A stretch of DNA of 64,000 bases from Octopus sinensis (lineage: Eukaryota). Position 1 is the stretch's first letter. Each line of letters opens with the position of its first letter. Below the pieces are notes generated by a model. It saw nothing but the letters and a program-made list of their open reading frames with translations. It did no database searches and had not been told where the DNA came from. Of the stretch, positions 13,270 through 26,732 are shown one piece after another. A program made the position numbers and the translations under genes. The DNA is taken from NCBI RefSeq assembly GCF_006345805.1, contig NC_043004.1, positions 41,788,001 through 41,852,000 on the forward strand, read 5' to 3'.

Positions 13270-16200
13270 TGCATGAGAGAGTTCGATGCAGCTGCCCTCA
13301 TCTGCCCCTCCTGCCGTGAAGTTGGTTCATCTGGGACACCTGACAGGAAGAGATCCAGCTTCATTTTAAAGACATCTGTATCCACCCCATGCAGGTCTCT
13401 CAGGTTCTTCGGGAGGATATTGAAGAGCTGGGGCCTCGGAAGCCCAGGCTATCACAGAATCTTGTCCTACATCTTGATGGCAGGTTTGGAGTCCTAGGCA
13501 CCACGCAGTGGCGCCCAGTTCTGGCATTTGCGTAACTCTCGATGCCAAAGTTCAGGACACTTCCCTCCAGGATCTTCCAGATGTATATTATGGCATATCT
13601 TTCCCGCCTACGCTCCAGGGAATATAATTTTAATCTCTTGAGTCTTTCCCAGTAGCTTACATTCTGCATAGAGGCTATCTTCTTTGTGTAGCTTCGTTGG
13701 ATCGCCTCAAGTTCTGTGATCAACTTGACACTGGATGGTGACCATAGCTGAGAGCAATAGTCAAAGTGGCTTAGGACAAGTGTCTTCCAGAGGACCATCA
13801 TGGTTTCTTGTTCTCTTGTTCTAAAGGTTCTAAGAATCCATCCAGCCAGCCGTCTACATTTCATTGTCAGTTTAGCAACATGTACATGAAAGGTCGCGTC
13901 ATCACTCATGTGAATACCCAGGTCACGCACTGATTGTGCCTCTGGGATTGCAATCCCTCCGGGTCCAGTGTATTCATTGGGTATTGCATTCAGTTTTGCA
14001 TGCTGATAGTATAAAGCTTGAAACTTTCCAGCATTGAACTGCATGCTATTCTTTTCAGCCCACTTGTATATTTCGTCCAGCTCACATTGCAGGTGTTTAG
14101 TGTCCTCAGGGTTCTGTATTGCCTGTGAAACTTTTGTATCATCTGCATAACTTGTGATCGTGGCTCTCTGCGTGGCTGAGGGCATGTCTGAGAGGCCATT
14201 ATGAACAGTAGTGGTCCCAGAACAGTGCCCTGCGGAACACCGCTCACTATTGTGTGTGTTAATGGAGGTGGCCCCATTGGCTACTACCACCTGACTTCTA
14301 TCCTTCAGAAAGTCATGAAGCCATTCTCCCAGTTTTCCAACTATGTTGAGATCACGCAGTTTGTGACATATCATTCCATGATCGACTTTATCAAAGGCCT
14401 TTGCAAAGTCGAGATATATCACTTCCACATTTGAGTGGTTGAGCAGCCGTTTCAGCACCCAGTCATAGTGTTGTAGGAGCTGAGTTAAACAGCTTCTCCT
14501 GGTCGGAAACCATGTTGGGTGTCGGGCAGCAAGTCATTCTCTTCAAGGAAGGTGATCAGCTTCCTTCTGACTATTCGTTCCATGACCTTGCTGATGTGTG
14601 AGGTCAGAGAGATAGGTCTATAGTTCTTGGCTTCCGCTCTGCTACCTCCTTTATGAATGGGGCATATTTTACCTTCCTTCAGTTTTCCTGGAAGTTTGCC
14701 AGCTGCAAGGAAGCTCTGAAAGAGGAACTGCAGTGGTCTGCTAGGACTCTCTTACATGCTTTTAGGAGGATTGCCGGGAATCCATCGGGGCCAGTAGCTG
14801 AGTCTGTTTTCATTTCATCTATAGCCTTGGTTACATCGTCTTCCTTTATATCGATGTAATCTATCGTCGCCGCCTCTGATTTTATCTGCAGTGGTAAAAA
14901 GTCAGTTGGATTGGTGATTTGGAGATGCCCAAGGGGTGAGTGAAAACACTCTTGAATTGCTCATTCAGTATTTCACTTACCCTCATTGGTTTTCCTGTAA
15001 GTGTGCCATCCTTTTCGAGGAGTGGCCCTATTCTACAGTGCACTGTAGCTGTTTCTTTGGCATACCTGTAGAAAGCTCTGGGGTTAGATTTTATGTTTTC
15101 TATAGCCCAGGCTTCTTTGTCTGCTCTTTCTTTTTCATGGGAGAGTTGCAGACATTTTTCGATTTCCAACAGTTTTATTTTTAGGCGGGACTTTTCACTG
15201 CTTTCAATCTGTTTGTTTAGGCGATTTGAAAATTTCGTACGCCGTCTCATTAAATTTTCCTCTCTCTGGGGATTTTGTTCTTGTGTACAGTGGCCTTTCT
15301 CTCTGGGACACATTTGTAGCATATGGCTTGCATTACAGACATGAATTGTTGAAGTTTCACGTCGATGTCTGGCGAGGAGAGACATTTAGGCCAGTTTTGT
15401 TTGAGGATCTCTTTCTCAATTTGTTTCCAGTTTGCCTTATGGTAGTTCAAGCTGGAAAGATTTTGAGGGTTTCTTGTAGGCTGCATGTCCGTGCTCTTTT
15501 GGCCCGTACATGGTCAGCTCTATCATGTTGTGATCCGAGAGTAGTGTCGGTGTCACTTTCACATTATGGATGAGATCCATGTCATTTGTGAAGCAGAGAT
15601 CCAGTGTGTTTCCTGCCCTGGTTGGTTGGAGTATTACCTGCTCCATGTACAGGGTGTTGATGAGGTTCAGGAGGGACCTCGCCTGTCCTCGTTCACATCT
15701 TGTCATTCCTGGGAGAGAAAGGCCCTCGGGCCATCTGACATTGGGCAGATTGAAGTCTCCCATAAGAAGCACACCTATGTGTTGTTCTAATGTGGTTAGA
15801 ATTTCTTCTATTTTTATAAGGCAGTCTTCAAACTTGCCCACATGGCTTGGGGCATCTGGAGGGCGATATGTAGCACACACAACTACATCAAGTTGCCTAA
15901 TATGTACAATTAGTGTGTCACACACCGAGTTTGAGTATGACAAGAGGACCTGGGGTGTGAGGTCCTCACAGATGTACATAGCAACACCTCCATGACTCCT
16001 TTCTTTCCTGTCGGTACGTAGTACAGCATACTGTGGTATGTGTAACTCCGCATCTGCTATGTCCGGTTTCAGGTGCGTTTCTGTAAGTGCTATGCATAAG
16101 GCTTGATTGCATGCAACAAAGTCTCTCAGGAACGGGATCTTTGTCCTGTTACTGAGTGTTTGCAGTCCTCTGATGTTCAGTAGGAGTATCGAGGTGAGGT
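13270..16200 (-). pseudogene. CR1 ORF2 (APE endonuclease + reverse transcriptase), broken by single-base frameshifts
   Basis: EN motifs LLNIRGL, ALTETHL, HGGVAMYI, YRPPD, GDFNLP, TLDLCF, SDH. RT motifs GPDGFP, NYRPISLTS, QHGFR, YLDFAKAFDKVDH, SGVPQGTVLGPLLF, YADDTK. CR1-type C-terminus LEAIQRSYTKKI...SYWERLKRLKLYSLERRRER. Confidence 0.95.
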
Positions 16201-16299
16201 GTACGTTGTTGCCGGCGGTGTCCATCCTGTGTCTGTTTGCTGTGGTGGTCTGGTATATAGTGGGTAGTCCCACCTGCGGGCTTGGTTTGATGAAGCCAG

Positions 16300-17078
16300 G
16301 TCAGCTGCTGTACAATCTTTTGCCATGCACAAAAAAGATTGTTGCTCAGCAGCTGCTCTTTCGACAACATCATGTTGGCTGTTTGTGGCGCGCACAACAT
16401 CTGCGTACCTCCGCTTTGGGGCAGGTGGTGCGTGTTCCATCCCTTTTCTTTGTGTTGATGGTTGTCCATCTGCCTCGTGTCTCTGTGGCAGGGTCCCCGA
16501 TGTGCAAAGCGGCAGCCTGCACCTTCCTTTCCGTGCCAGCAGGAACCTCTCAGGTAGAACATACACACCCCGTGTGCGCTGTTTGGTTCCATCCTTTGCG
16601 GTTCCACTTTTATTCCTGGTTGTTTCACTCTTTGGTCCTGCTTGAGCTTTTTCTTTTCCTTTAGCTCTTCCAGTCCTTCTTTTAGTTCTTCTTCCTCCCT
16701 CTACCTCTTCACCGGGTTCTCCGTCTCCATGGCCCTTGCTGCCGGTCGGAGAACTTGCACCTGGGTTCACTTCCCGGGCAGGTTTCTCATTCAAAACCTC
16801 CTCCTGGCGTCTACCAGGTGGGGGTGACTTCTTCATCGTCTCCATTCTTGCCATCTTTGCCCCGCTCGTTCTCAAAGATGGCATCAAGTGCCAATGTGCG
16901 ACAGTACAAGCGCATATGAGCGCACGAATTCTGTCTCTTTCGCTCCATCTGAGCCGCTGTCCTCTTGTAGCCTCTGCTCTTCAGCGCAGCCGCAATCACC
17001 TCGCTAGGGCTATCTCCGCCGGCGCACTCCCGCTCGTACGAATAAATCCAGCTCGTCACGTCTCCATGCTCTGGACAT
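16300..17078 (-). pseudogene. CR1 ORF1 (frameshifted): Myb/SANT-like N-terminus, basic linker, CCCH zinc finger
   Basis: ATG at 17078 gives MSRAWRRDELDLFVR, then after a frameshift EVIAAALKSRGYKRTAAQMERKRQN, and later CMFYLRGSCWHGKEGAGCRFAH. Confidence 0.65.
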
Positions 17079-17134
17079 GCTGGATAATCCGTCTATCCGT
17101 TTATCTATCTAATTATGTTCGAGAGAAGACAGGA

Positions 17135-18270
17135 AGATATTAAGGCTAATTAGAAGATAGAGTACTTGAAAAAGAAATATTAACAATATTAAAGTTTGTG
17201 TAAAACGTTATTTGGGTAAAAACGTTATTTAATCTTAAGGCTAATTAGGAGATAGAGTATCTGAAAATATATTAGCAATATTAATATATATTGAGTGTGG
17301 GTAAAAAAACGTTATTTAATCTTAAGGCTAATTTGGAGATAGAGTATCTGAAAATATATTAGCAATATTAATATTATATTAGAGTGTGGGTAATATTAAA
17401 CGTTATTTAATTTAATCTTAAGGCTAATTAGAAGACAGAGTATCTGAAAAATTATATATACAATATTAAGCAATATTAACCGTTATTTAATTTAATCTTA
17501 AGGCTATTAGACGTTATTATATTAAACGTTATTTAATTTAATCTTAAGGCTAATTAGAAGATAGAGTATCTGAAAATATATTAGCAATATTAATATTATA
17601 TTAGAGTGTGGATAAAACGTTATTTAATCTTAAGGCTAATCAGGAGATAGAGTATCTGAAAATATATTAGCATGTTAATATTATATTAGAGTGTGGGTAA
17701 TATTAAACGTTATTTAATTTAATTCTTAAGGCTAATTAGAAGATAGAGTATCTGAGAATTATTAACAATATTAAAACAATATTAAACGTTATTTAATTTA
17801 ATCTTAAGGCTAATTAACAATAATTATTAACAATATTAAACAATATTAAACGTTATTTAATTTAATCCTAAGGCTAATTAACAATAATTATTAACAATAT
17901 TAAACAATATTAAACGTTATTTAATTTAATCTAAGGCTAATTAACAGTAATTATTAACAATATTAAACGTTATTTAATTTAATCCTAAGGCTCATAAATA
18001 GACGTTATTAATATAAACGTTTTATTTAATTTAAAATCTTAAGGCTAATTAAAAGATAGAGTATCTGAAAAATTATTAACAATATTAAAACAATATTAAA
18101 CTTATTTAATTTAATCTTAAGGCTATTAACATAATTTATTAACAATATTAAACAATATTAAACGTTATTTAATTTAATCCTAAGGCTAATTTGACGGTAT
18201 CAATATTAAACGTTATTTAATTTAATCTTAAGGCTAATTAGACATAGAGTATCTGAAAAATTATTATATC
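17135..18270. repeat. AT-rich tandem minisatellite array upstream of CR1 ORF1
   Basis: Core AAACGTTATTTAATTTAATCTTAAGGCTAATTA repeated many times, with or without GAAGATAGAGTATCTGAAAA, in units of ~45-75 bp. Confidence 0.95.
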
Positions 18271-19069
18271 GAGAACAGTTATTGAAATGTAAACAACCAA
18301 ATGACGATCGCACCTTAAATAAGAGTGGGCCTAAGTGAAAGATAAAATAGAATAATAAATAAAATATGAAATAGATGAAATTGATACTTAATCCCAATGT
18401 GGTCTGGATTATTTTTTTTTTGGTTTACGGGATTTTTTTCAGGAGAGATGTTTCTTTTTTCTTTCTTGCAGGAGATAACTTGATTCAGTTTTTTGCACCA
18501 TGTGCGTTTCGGCGAAAATGAAAATTACGTGTATATGTATATATTTATATATATATTTTTAAAAATATTTTTAACCAAAGTGTTGTAGTGATCTCTATGA
18601 CTTAGAGTTTTACGTTTTGCAACTACAGTGGGTTATTTCGCCGTTCTATGCAGACTTTTTCACAGAGCAAAGGAAATCACGTCTTTCTCTGCTGAAAACG
18701 GAACCGATATATTAGGCTTACATCTGTATATATATATATATACATATGGATGATTTCAAATAACTTCATAATCTAAATATATTCAGGTTGTGTAGCAGGA
18801 ACAAGGTTATACAAAGGGTTAAAAGTTTACCGCAGTAGTCATCAAGGAGAATAGAAGAGAAATGATAATCAACTTATACATATATGAATTTATTTACCCT
18901 TATATTAAGCATGGTACATAACTTAATACAATTGCACACAAGCACACGGACATAGTTACACACAAAGATACACACGAAAACATGCACACTTGCACTCACA
19001 TGAGGTCTCATAGTAAATATGTATACTAATTCTCAATTATTTTCTTTATTTCAGTAAGTCATATAAACA

Positions 19070-19070
19070 T

Positions 19071-19103
<33 letters not shown>

Positions 19104-19255
19104 TATATTATATATTATATACATACATATATGTATATATAATATATATATATATATGTTATATGTATATGTATATATATATAGATATATATGTATATAT
19201 ATATATATATATAATATATATATACATACATATATGTATATATATATATATATGT

Positions 19256-19289
<34 letters not shown>

Positions 19290-19383
19290 GTATATGTATA
19301 TACATATATATATGTATATATATATATGTATATGTTATACATATATATATGTGTATATATATATATATGTATATGTATATACA

Positions 19384-19422
<39 letters not shown>

Positions 19423-19466
19423 ATATATGTATATATGTATATATGCATATATATATATTATATATA

Positions 19467-19515
<49 letters not shown>
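19070..19515. repeat. (TA)n/(TATATG)n microsatellite
   Basis: Direct reading. Confidence 0.97.
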
Positions 19516-19517
<2 letters not shown>

Positions 19518-19644
19518 CAAAATAAGCGTAGCTAATTTTGATTTTAATCACCTTATTTTGAAATTGTAAGGATAATATCAAGCTAAACTCTGGCGCCTCA
19601 ACTTAAGTGCCATATTCATCTGAATCTAAATTTTTTTTACTGAA

Positions 19645-19807
19645 CTCATCTTTCTTCTCTCCTTGTTTCTCTCCTTGTTTTTTCTGTGTCCCTTTCTGTA
19701 GAAGTGCGTAGGTTCTCAACGTAAAATACTTTTTCTATTCCTGAGCGTTTTACTAATACATCTGTTTGTACCACCTGTCTTCGTCTTCTGTTTTTTTCGT
19801 AAAGTCT

Positions 19808-19810
<3 letters not shown>
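19645..19810 (+). mobile_element. Degenerate HHR-bearing short element related to the 3858/27090 family
   Basis: TTT-CTGTAGA-AGTGCGTAGGTTC-TCAACGTA-AAA (19693-19726), then the shared TTCCTGAGCGT...AATAC motif. Ends at (TA)n. Confidence 0.5.
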
Positions 19811-19844
<34 letters not shown>

Positions 19845-19856
19845 GCACGTTTTAGC

Positions 19857-20332
19857 ATTTACTTGTTTCAGTCATTGAATTGTGGTCATGCTGGGGCATC
19901 ACCTTAAAGGATTTTGGTCGACAAATCTGTACTTTATTTGTAAACCCTTGTACTTTTGTTAGCGGGGTCTTTTGTCAATCGCTAACTTACAGGGACTCTA
20001 ACATACTAACACCGGTTGTCAAGCAATAGTGGCGGCGGGGAGCAAACTCAAACACGAAGACACACACGAATAGATACATGCATACATACAAACATACATA
20101 CACTTATACATATATGTGTATGTACACACACACGCACATATATGAATGTATGTATGAATATACATAAGCTGGGGTTCTTTCAGTTTCCCCTCTGCCAAAA
20201 CCAACAGACAGCCCTGGTCGGTCCAGAGCTAAAAAAACAAGACAATTGCCCGAGGTACCATACAGTGGGACTGAATCCGGAACCATATGGTCAGGAAGTA
20301 AACTTCTTACCATACAACCACGCCTGTGCCTA
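19857..20332 (-). mobile_element. tRNA-derived SINE with a CORE-like segment and a CR1-derived 3' tail
   Basis: Head GGCACAGGCGTGGTTGTATGGTAAGAAG...GGATTCAGTCCC and CORE-like ACCTCGGGCAATTGTCTT. Tail GATGCCCCAGCATGACCACAATTCAATGACTGAAACAAG matches the CR1 3' end. Confidence 0.8.
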
Positions 20333-20419
20333 TATTCCTATTTTATACGTGTACACATCAGTGTACATACATATATTATTTATATATTGTCATATAATAA
20401 TATACGTCTATGTGTTCAC

Positions 20420-20637
20420 ACACACACACACACACACACATATATGTGTATATATGTGATATGTATATGTGATAAATATATATATATATATATATGTATA
20501 TACATATATATAATGTATATATATACATATATATATATATAATATATATACATATATATAATATATATACACTTATATAATAAATATATACCCACACATA
20601 TATATATATAATATATAATATAATATAATATAATATA

Positions 20638-20710
<73 letters not shown>

Positions 20711-21145
20711 TATATATACATTTTCACACTTCTGGCGTCGTTGTGTGTGCGCAAGTTCAAACAAAGATATGAAGTATACATTTTTAAAGAAATCAAAGTA
20801 AATTATTTTTGCACTGTATGCAATATTTTTCTTTATTTTCTCTAATCTCGAAAAACACGTGATATAAATATTATTGTCATAAACAAGATTCCTTGTAAAT
20901 ATATGTATATGCACGTACTTATCTTGAACTTGTTTCTTTTGAACACCTTTGATCTCTTCTGTATCATACGAATGTCTCTCTCTCTCTCTGTCCCTTTTGT
21001 CTCTCTCTATCTCTCTCTGTTTCCTTCTGTTTCTCTTTCTCACTCTTCCCCCTCTCTCTCTCTCTATATATATGCATATATTTACATATATATACATATA
21101 TACATATTATATATAACATAGATATACATACATATATATACACAC

Positions 21146-21179
<34 letters not shown>

Positions 21180-21340
21180 ATATATATATATATATATACA
21201 TATATAATATATATATGCATATACATATATATATTTATATATATGAATATATATATTTATATTTGTATATATATATATATTAATAAAAATATATCTATAT
21301 ATATATATACACTTTTCTATGTAAAGATATAACTATATAC
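20420..21340. repeat. (TA)n/(CA)n/(CT)n microsatellite field
   Basis: Direct reading. Confidence 0.9.
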
Positions 21341-23209
21341 ATATATACGCACGTATATTTTTATATTCACATAGTTCTATATTGACGGCTCCTGACACAC
21401 ACTTTCTCATTTCAATAGTTAGCGCCATTCACGTTCAAAAAGTGACAGCTCATATATACTATATTTCCATATAACCGACTGGCCAAATTGTTATACAATA
21501 TAGAATAGACACATAACCTTATCTATTTAGATTAAAATGTTCATTTTTCACGTTCCTATGAATACTGCTAAGAGATAGCTGTATGCGGTCAGCCTAACAG
21601 TTAGAAATGGGTGACGAATCTCTCTTAGAGAGGGATCATAGCATCTCGAAATGCATTAAAAAAAATATAGACCGAATTGTCTTAGCCAGAACACTTTTCA
21701 GCAAGCCTAGCGACAAGGTGAAGGACGGTTAAATCAGATGATAAAAATAGTAATTGTTTACAGAGCTAACTTGGCGCTCTAGTATTCTCTTCTTTGAGCT
21801 AGATATACGAGGATTGAGAAATAATCCTGAGTGACTGGCACCTTCTCACATTAGTGATATCTAGTAATATCAGTCTGAACTTCTGTTGGTTGGTAATCAT
21901 AGGAATAACAAACGTTAGATTCTAGAGAGTAACATGTCAGGGGAAGAAATATCGAACCATATTTTTAGTGTAGGATATAGAAAATATAGTTGCAATGATA
22001 AAAATAGGAGAGATTCCCTAAATAGAGCTTGCATGCAATTATCTATTAATTATCTATCTTTTAATTCCAGGAATACATCATTTCCTGCTGGTTACCGACG
22101 CACAATCTGAGTCTGAAATATACAGTGAGCAAGGGAGCGTACTGCTCCCTCTTGGCCACTAGCAGTACCAACAGACCAAGGATTTCTGCATAATTTCCCG
22201 TCTTCGGTGCTGGCCAACCGTCGGTTAGAGGTAATAGCTTACTCGACCTTACTCACAGTATATAAATATAGAAGTGACAGACAGTCACTGATCTCGTAGT
22301 GAGTAAAATAGCTAGTTTCAAAACTCTGAATGAGATCTAAGTAGAAACTATACCTCACATTAAAATCTATTTGCCAATGACTTGATTTTTGGAATCTTTT
22401 TTCATAGAGGCAGGGTAAGTCTACTGTAATGTGACTAGCTTTCCTGTAGATCATTCTGAGGGGCAAAGGATGGAAGGTAGATTGTTAAATGTAACTACAA
22501 TAAGATTAGCCACTTTCAGAAAAAAGTACACTCTAGAGTATATTAATTGCATCTTGGAATGCATCATCGTTAAGAAAATATGGGAATGTATAAAACACGA
22601 TAGAATAGATTGAAATCGCAGTCTAGCAGCAAAATTTCGACGCAAGCGATAGGATACACATGAAGTTCTTAGATATATTAGCCATCAAATACTTATTTCA
22701 ATCAAAGATTCGCTAACGTCAAAGACACAATGTCTCTACGTTCAGCGAAAGTCTCAAGTACGAAGCTATACTCGTAGTAACTAAGAGGCAGTGGGAGTTA
22801 AAGGTGAAAAAACATAATTAACTAGTATTTTCAATTTTTTTTTATCTTGACTGTGACAGCTTTAAGCGGTTAGTCGACAATGTTAGAAATTTTTCTCATA
22901 TTGGGGATGGGACACAAAGTATTTCTAAATATTGCATTATATTCGTGTAAAGAAAAATGTTAGGGTAGCGTGAGAATAGGTGTTAGTTAATGAGCTTTCT
23001 ATATGAGATCAAAGGAAAAGATTGCATAATTGCGGGCTATCTTTCTGGGGCGAAGCAACTGGTGTAATTTATGAGAAGTCACGACAGAGTATATGTTGGT
23101 GAGACCAATAGTAAACCAAAAATTCACGAAGGGTTAGATTTGTGTTTTCGGTGACTTCAAAGCACCGATGAAGGAGGTGTTTGGTGCACAATTTCTTAAG
23201 ATTAGAACT

Positions 23210-24833
23210 CACCTGTTGGTCCATGTGGTGATGTTGTATCATAGAACTTTTATGAATTTAAATTCGTCTTGGATATCATCTTCGAAGTGGTGAGCAGGAG
23301 CGCTGTCAGGGATGAGGAGGGCCTTGAGAGGAAGATCTTTCTCCAGAAAGTACTTTTCACCGCTAGTCCGAAGATAAGGTTGATCCATCCGGTGAAGAAT
23401 TGCTAGACGGTCCAGGCTTTAACATTTGCCCTGCACATGACCTGCAGATTTTCCTTCAGAATTTTGTGTGAACGCTCGGGGGTTTTCGGAATGGTAGACA
23501 AGGATCGGCTTAATCTTGAAGTCTCCACTCTCATTGGCGCAATGGGCGAAAGTTAGCCTATCTTTTATAGGCTTGTGACTTGCCATTTTCTTCTCTGCAG
23601 TTATGTAGGTTTTTCTGGGCATTTTGTTAAAAAAGGCCAGTTCCATCACAATTGAATACCTGTTGTACAATGTACACCTCGGCTGCGATGAGCTGACAGA
23701 ATTCACGCACGAAGTCCTCAGCTGCCTTCGTATCAGAACTCGCTGCTTCTCCGTACCTGACAACGCTATGAACACCAATTCTCTTCTTGAAATTATCGAA
23801 CCAGCCGCGACAGTCCTTAATTGCGTCTGCTGAGGTCTCCTTCGTTGATGTTCCAAGTTTCTGCTTCAGGAGGTCCCAATACAGCGCTCGTGCTTTCTCT
23901 CAGATGATGGTCTCCGTAATCATATCACCTGCGAGTTGCTTTTCGTTGACCCACGGGAGAAGCAATTTTTCCATCTCTTCGTGGACAAGTGTGCATTGTT
24001 TTGAGAGCCTGGAGACACCCTTTGCTGTCGTAACGGCCTTGATCTCGATAAATGGTGCAGATCATCGACGTGCTTCGGTCGTATTGACATGCTATATTCA
24101 CCACACGTACTCCTCTCCCATGTTTATCTTCAGTTTATCTTTCCTTCTTCAGTTCTGTCTTAATCAGCTTTCCCTTCTTCTCATCACTGCACTTTGTATT
24201 AACCTGCTTAGGGACCATGTTTAACACAACTGACTATTACAAAATAATAGCAATATCCGCACAAAACTAAAAAAGAAACACTATGAAAAACACACGGATG
24301 GTGCCACATCGACATAGTGGAGGCACATGGCCTAGTGGTTAGAGCAGCGGACTCGCGGTCGAGGGGTCGCGGGTTCGAATCTCAGACCGGGTGATGTGTG
24401 TGTGGGGGTTATGAGCGAAAACACCTAAGCTCTACGCGGCTCCGGCGGAAGGTAATGGTGAACTTCTGCTGACTCTTTCGCCACAACTTTCTCTTTCTCT
24501 TTCCTCCTGCATCTTGCAGCTCACCTGCGACGGACCGGCGTCCCGTCCAGGTAGGCAACTTATACGCCAAGAAACCGGGAAACCGGCCCTTATGAGCCAG
24601 GCATGGCTCGAGAAGGAACAAACAACATCGACATAAACACGTGAACTGAGCGATCGGAGATTGCGTTTGTTGGGGGAGCGTGTGCCAGTTCAGCGCCATC
24701 TAGTGGCTGCTTGTATGGAACCCGCTCGTACTGCGGATTTCCACTCGTACTTCAAGACAAAAATTCGCACGAGCCTCGGTTCGTGCAGCAAGCTTCTCGT
24801 ATAATGGTGCATACGTACTGCGAAGTTCTACTG
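23210..24833 (-). mobile_element. Decayed Tigger/pogo DNA transposon (CENP-B-type/DDE transposase remnant)
   Basis: KMPRKTYITAEKKMASHKPIKDRLTFAHCANESGDFKIKPILVYHSENPRAF is Tigger1-like. Terminal CAGTAGAACTTCG (minus) at 24833. Confidence 0.85.
24317..24624 (+). mobile_element. tRNA-derived SINE (tail type A) nested in the Tigger element
   Basis: A and B boxes; 11-bp TSD ACATCGACATA at 24306-24316 and 24625-24635. Confidence 0.93.
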
Positions 24834-24921
24834 TGTGTGCCTGTGTATTTGTATGAATATCTTTATAGAGATTTTCTATATATAAAAAAATATATATGTG
24901 TATGTATGTATGTATGTATGC

Positions 24922-25138
24922 ATTTCTTTACTACCCACAAGGGGCTAAACACAGAGGGGACAAACAAGGACAGACAAAGGGATTAAGTCGATTACATCGA
25001 CACCAGTGTATAACTGGTACTTATTTAATCGACCCCGACAGGATGAAAGGCAAAGTCGACCTCGGCGGAATTTGAACTCAGACGAAATACGGCTACACAT
25101 TTCGCCCGGCGTGATAACGTTTCTGCCAGCTAGCCGCC
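24922..25138 (-). mobile_element. Meta-like SINE copy
   Basis: Same blocks as 2195-3065. Confidence 0.9.
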
Positions 25139-25139
25139 C

Positions 25140-25615
25140 TGTATGTATGTATGTATGTATGTATGTATGTATGTATGTATGTATGTATGTATGTGTGTAT
25201 GTATGTATTATGTATGTATGTATGATGTGTATGTTGTAGTATGTTTATGTATGTATGTATGTATGTATGTATGTTGTATGTAGTAAGTATGTAGTATGTG
25301 CGTGTAATGTAGTATGTAGGTATGTATGTGTGGTATGTATGTATGTATGTATGTATGGTATGTATGTATGTAGTATGTATGTATGTAGGTATGCAATGTA
25401 TGTATGTTATGTATGTGCTGTATGTATGTATATGTATGTATGTATGTAAGTATGTATGTGTGCGTGTATGTATGTATGTATTATGTATGTATGTATGTAT
25501 GTGTGTGTATGTATGTATGTATGTATGTGTGTGGTGTGTGTGTGTTTGTGTGTGTGTTTGTGTATGTATGTATGTATGTATGTATGTATGTATGTATGTA
25601 TGTATGTATGTATTA
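25140..25615. repeat. (GTAT)n microsatellite
   Basis: Direct reading. Confidence 0.97.
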
Positions 25616-26295
25616 GTATAAAGGAGATACATAGCATATTCTGTGAAAATAGCGAATATAAAATATATAATGACGGAAAGGGAAGCGTATAAACGTTATA
25701 TTATTTGCATCTATTTATGTAATAATATCAATGGTTTAGTAAATGAGCACGAGAGAAAGTTTGCAATTTTTTTTCTTTGTTTCTTCGAATCAACAAAAAA
25801 AAAAAAAAAAAAAAAAAAGAAAGAAATAAAGCAAAAATATAAACATATTTCTGACTATGAAATATTATGTTTGTCTGACTTTTAAGACCTTTAGCAAATG
25901 TAGATGTTTTTTGTTTATTTATGTCTTCAGTCTGTCACAAACTGGCGAAAGCAATGGCAGTTAAACGAAGATCAAAAGATTACTTGAAGCCTATATATGT
26001 TTGCTTTCTACATAGTTTGTATAGATGTAATTTCTGTTGTTTTTCTTTGGGACTTTTTTTTTCTTCCCTTATATTTTCTCTGTCTATCTATCTACCTAAA
26101 TCACTGATTTACACTTTATACCTTCACTCTTTCTATCTATGTTTGTCTACCTCTCGCTCTCTCTGTAAATTTGTTTGTGCGTCATTTATGTTTGCATCTG
26201 TCTGTGATTAGGAGCCAATATTTGTATATTTTAATGCGCATACACACAACCATACAAACACACACACACACGTACACACATACGCACATTAACAC

Positions 26296-26468
<173 letters not shown>

Positions 26469-26732
26469 CTCTGTCTATCTACCTATCTATCTGTGAAATA
26501 TTATTTGTGAAAGAGATGTCTAAAACCATCTCCTTTAACCCTAGTAAACCTTGTAATAGGAAATAAATCAAATTGGGGTATATTTCCAAAACTTTTAAAA
26601 AACCTACATATGCACACATATATATATGTATATATATGTGTCTATAATTATAATGTATGTGTGTATGTGCGTGCGCACGTTATTTCTAACAAATAAGAGT
26701 AGGGAGTACTAAATAATATTCTACTGGTGTAG

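Larger units (their letters stand above)
13141..18705 (-). mobile_element. Near full-length CR1-clade LINE with an (AATC)n tail
   Basis: Tail (TTGA)n at 13141-13170 on plus, then ORF2 (APE endonuclease + RT), ORF1 and an AT-rich tandem array. The putative 5' end near 18700 (GTTCCGTTTTCAGCAGAGAAAGACGTG on minus) is inferred. Confidence 0.9.

Noticed and set aside
13165-17143. Plus-strand ORFs overlapping the CR1
   Set aside because: Antisense shadows of the minus-strand LINE, with no recognisable domains.
17135-18270. CRISPR-like repeat array
   Set aside because: Spacers are themselves repetitive, the context is eukaryotic and there are no cas genes. It is a minisatellite.
22071-22230. Exon-like GC-richer segment with AG/GT borders
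   Set aside because: Stops in all three plus frames and no recognisable protein. A non-coding exon cannot be excluded.
24317-24390. tRNA gene
   Set aside because: The tRNA-like head continues into a SINE body with a TSD. The same applies at 6500, 42044 and 47220.
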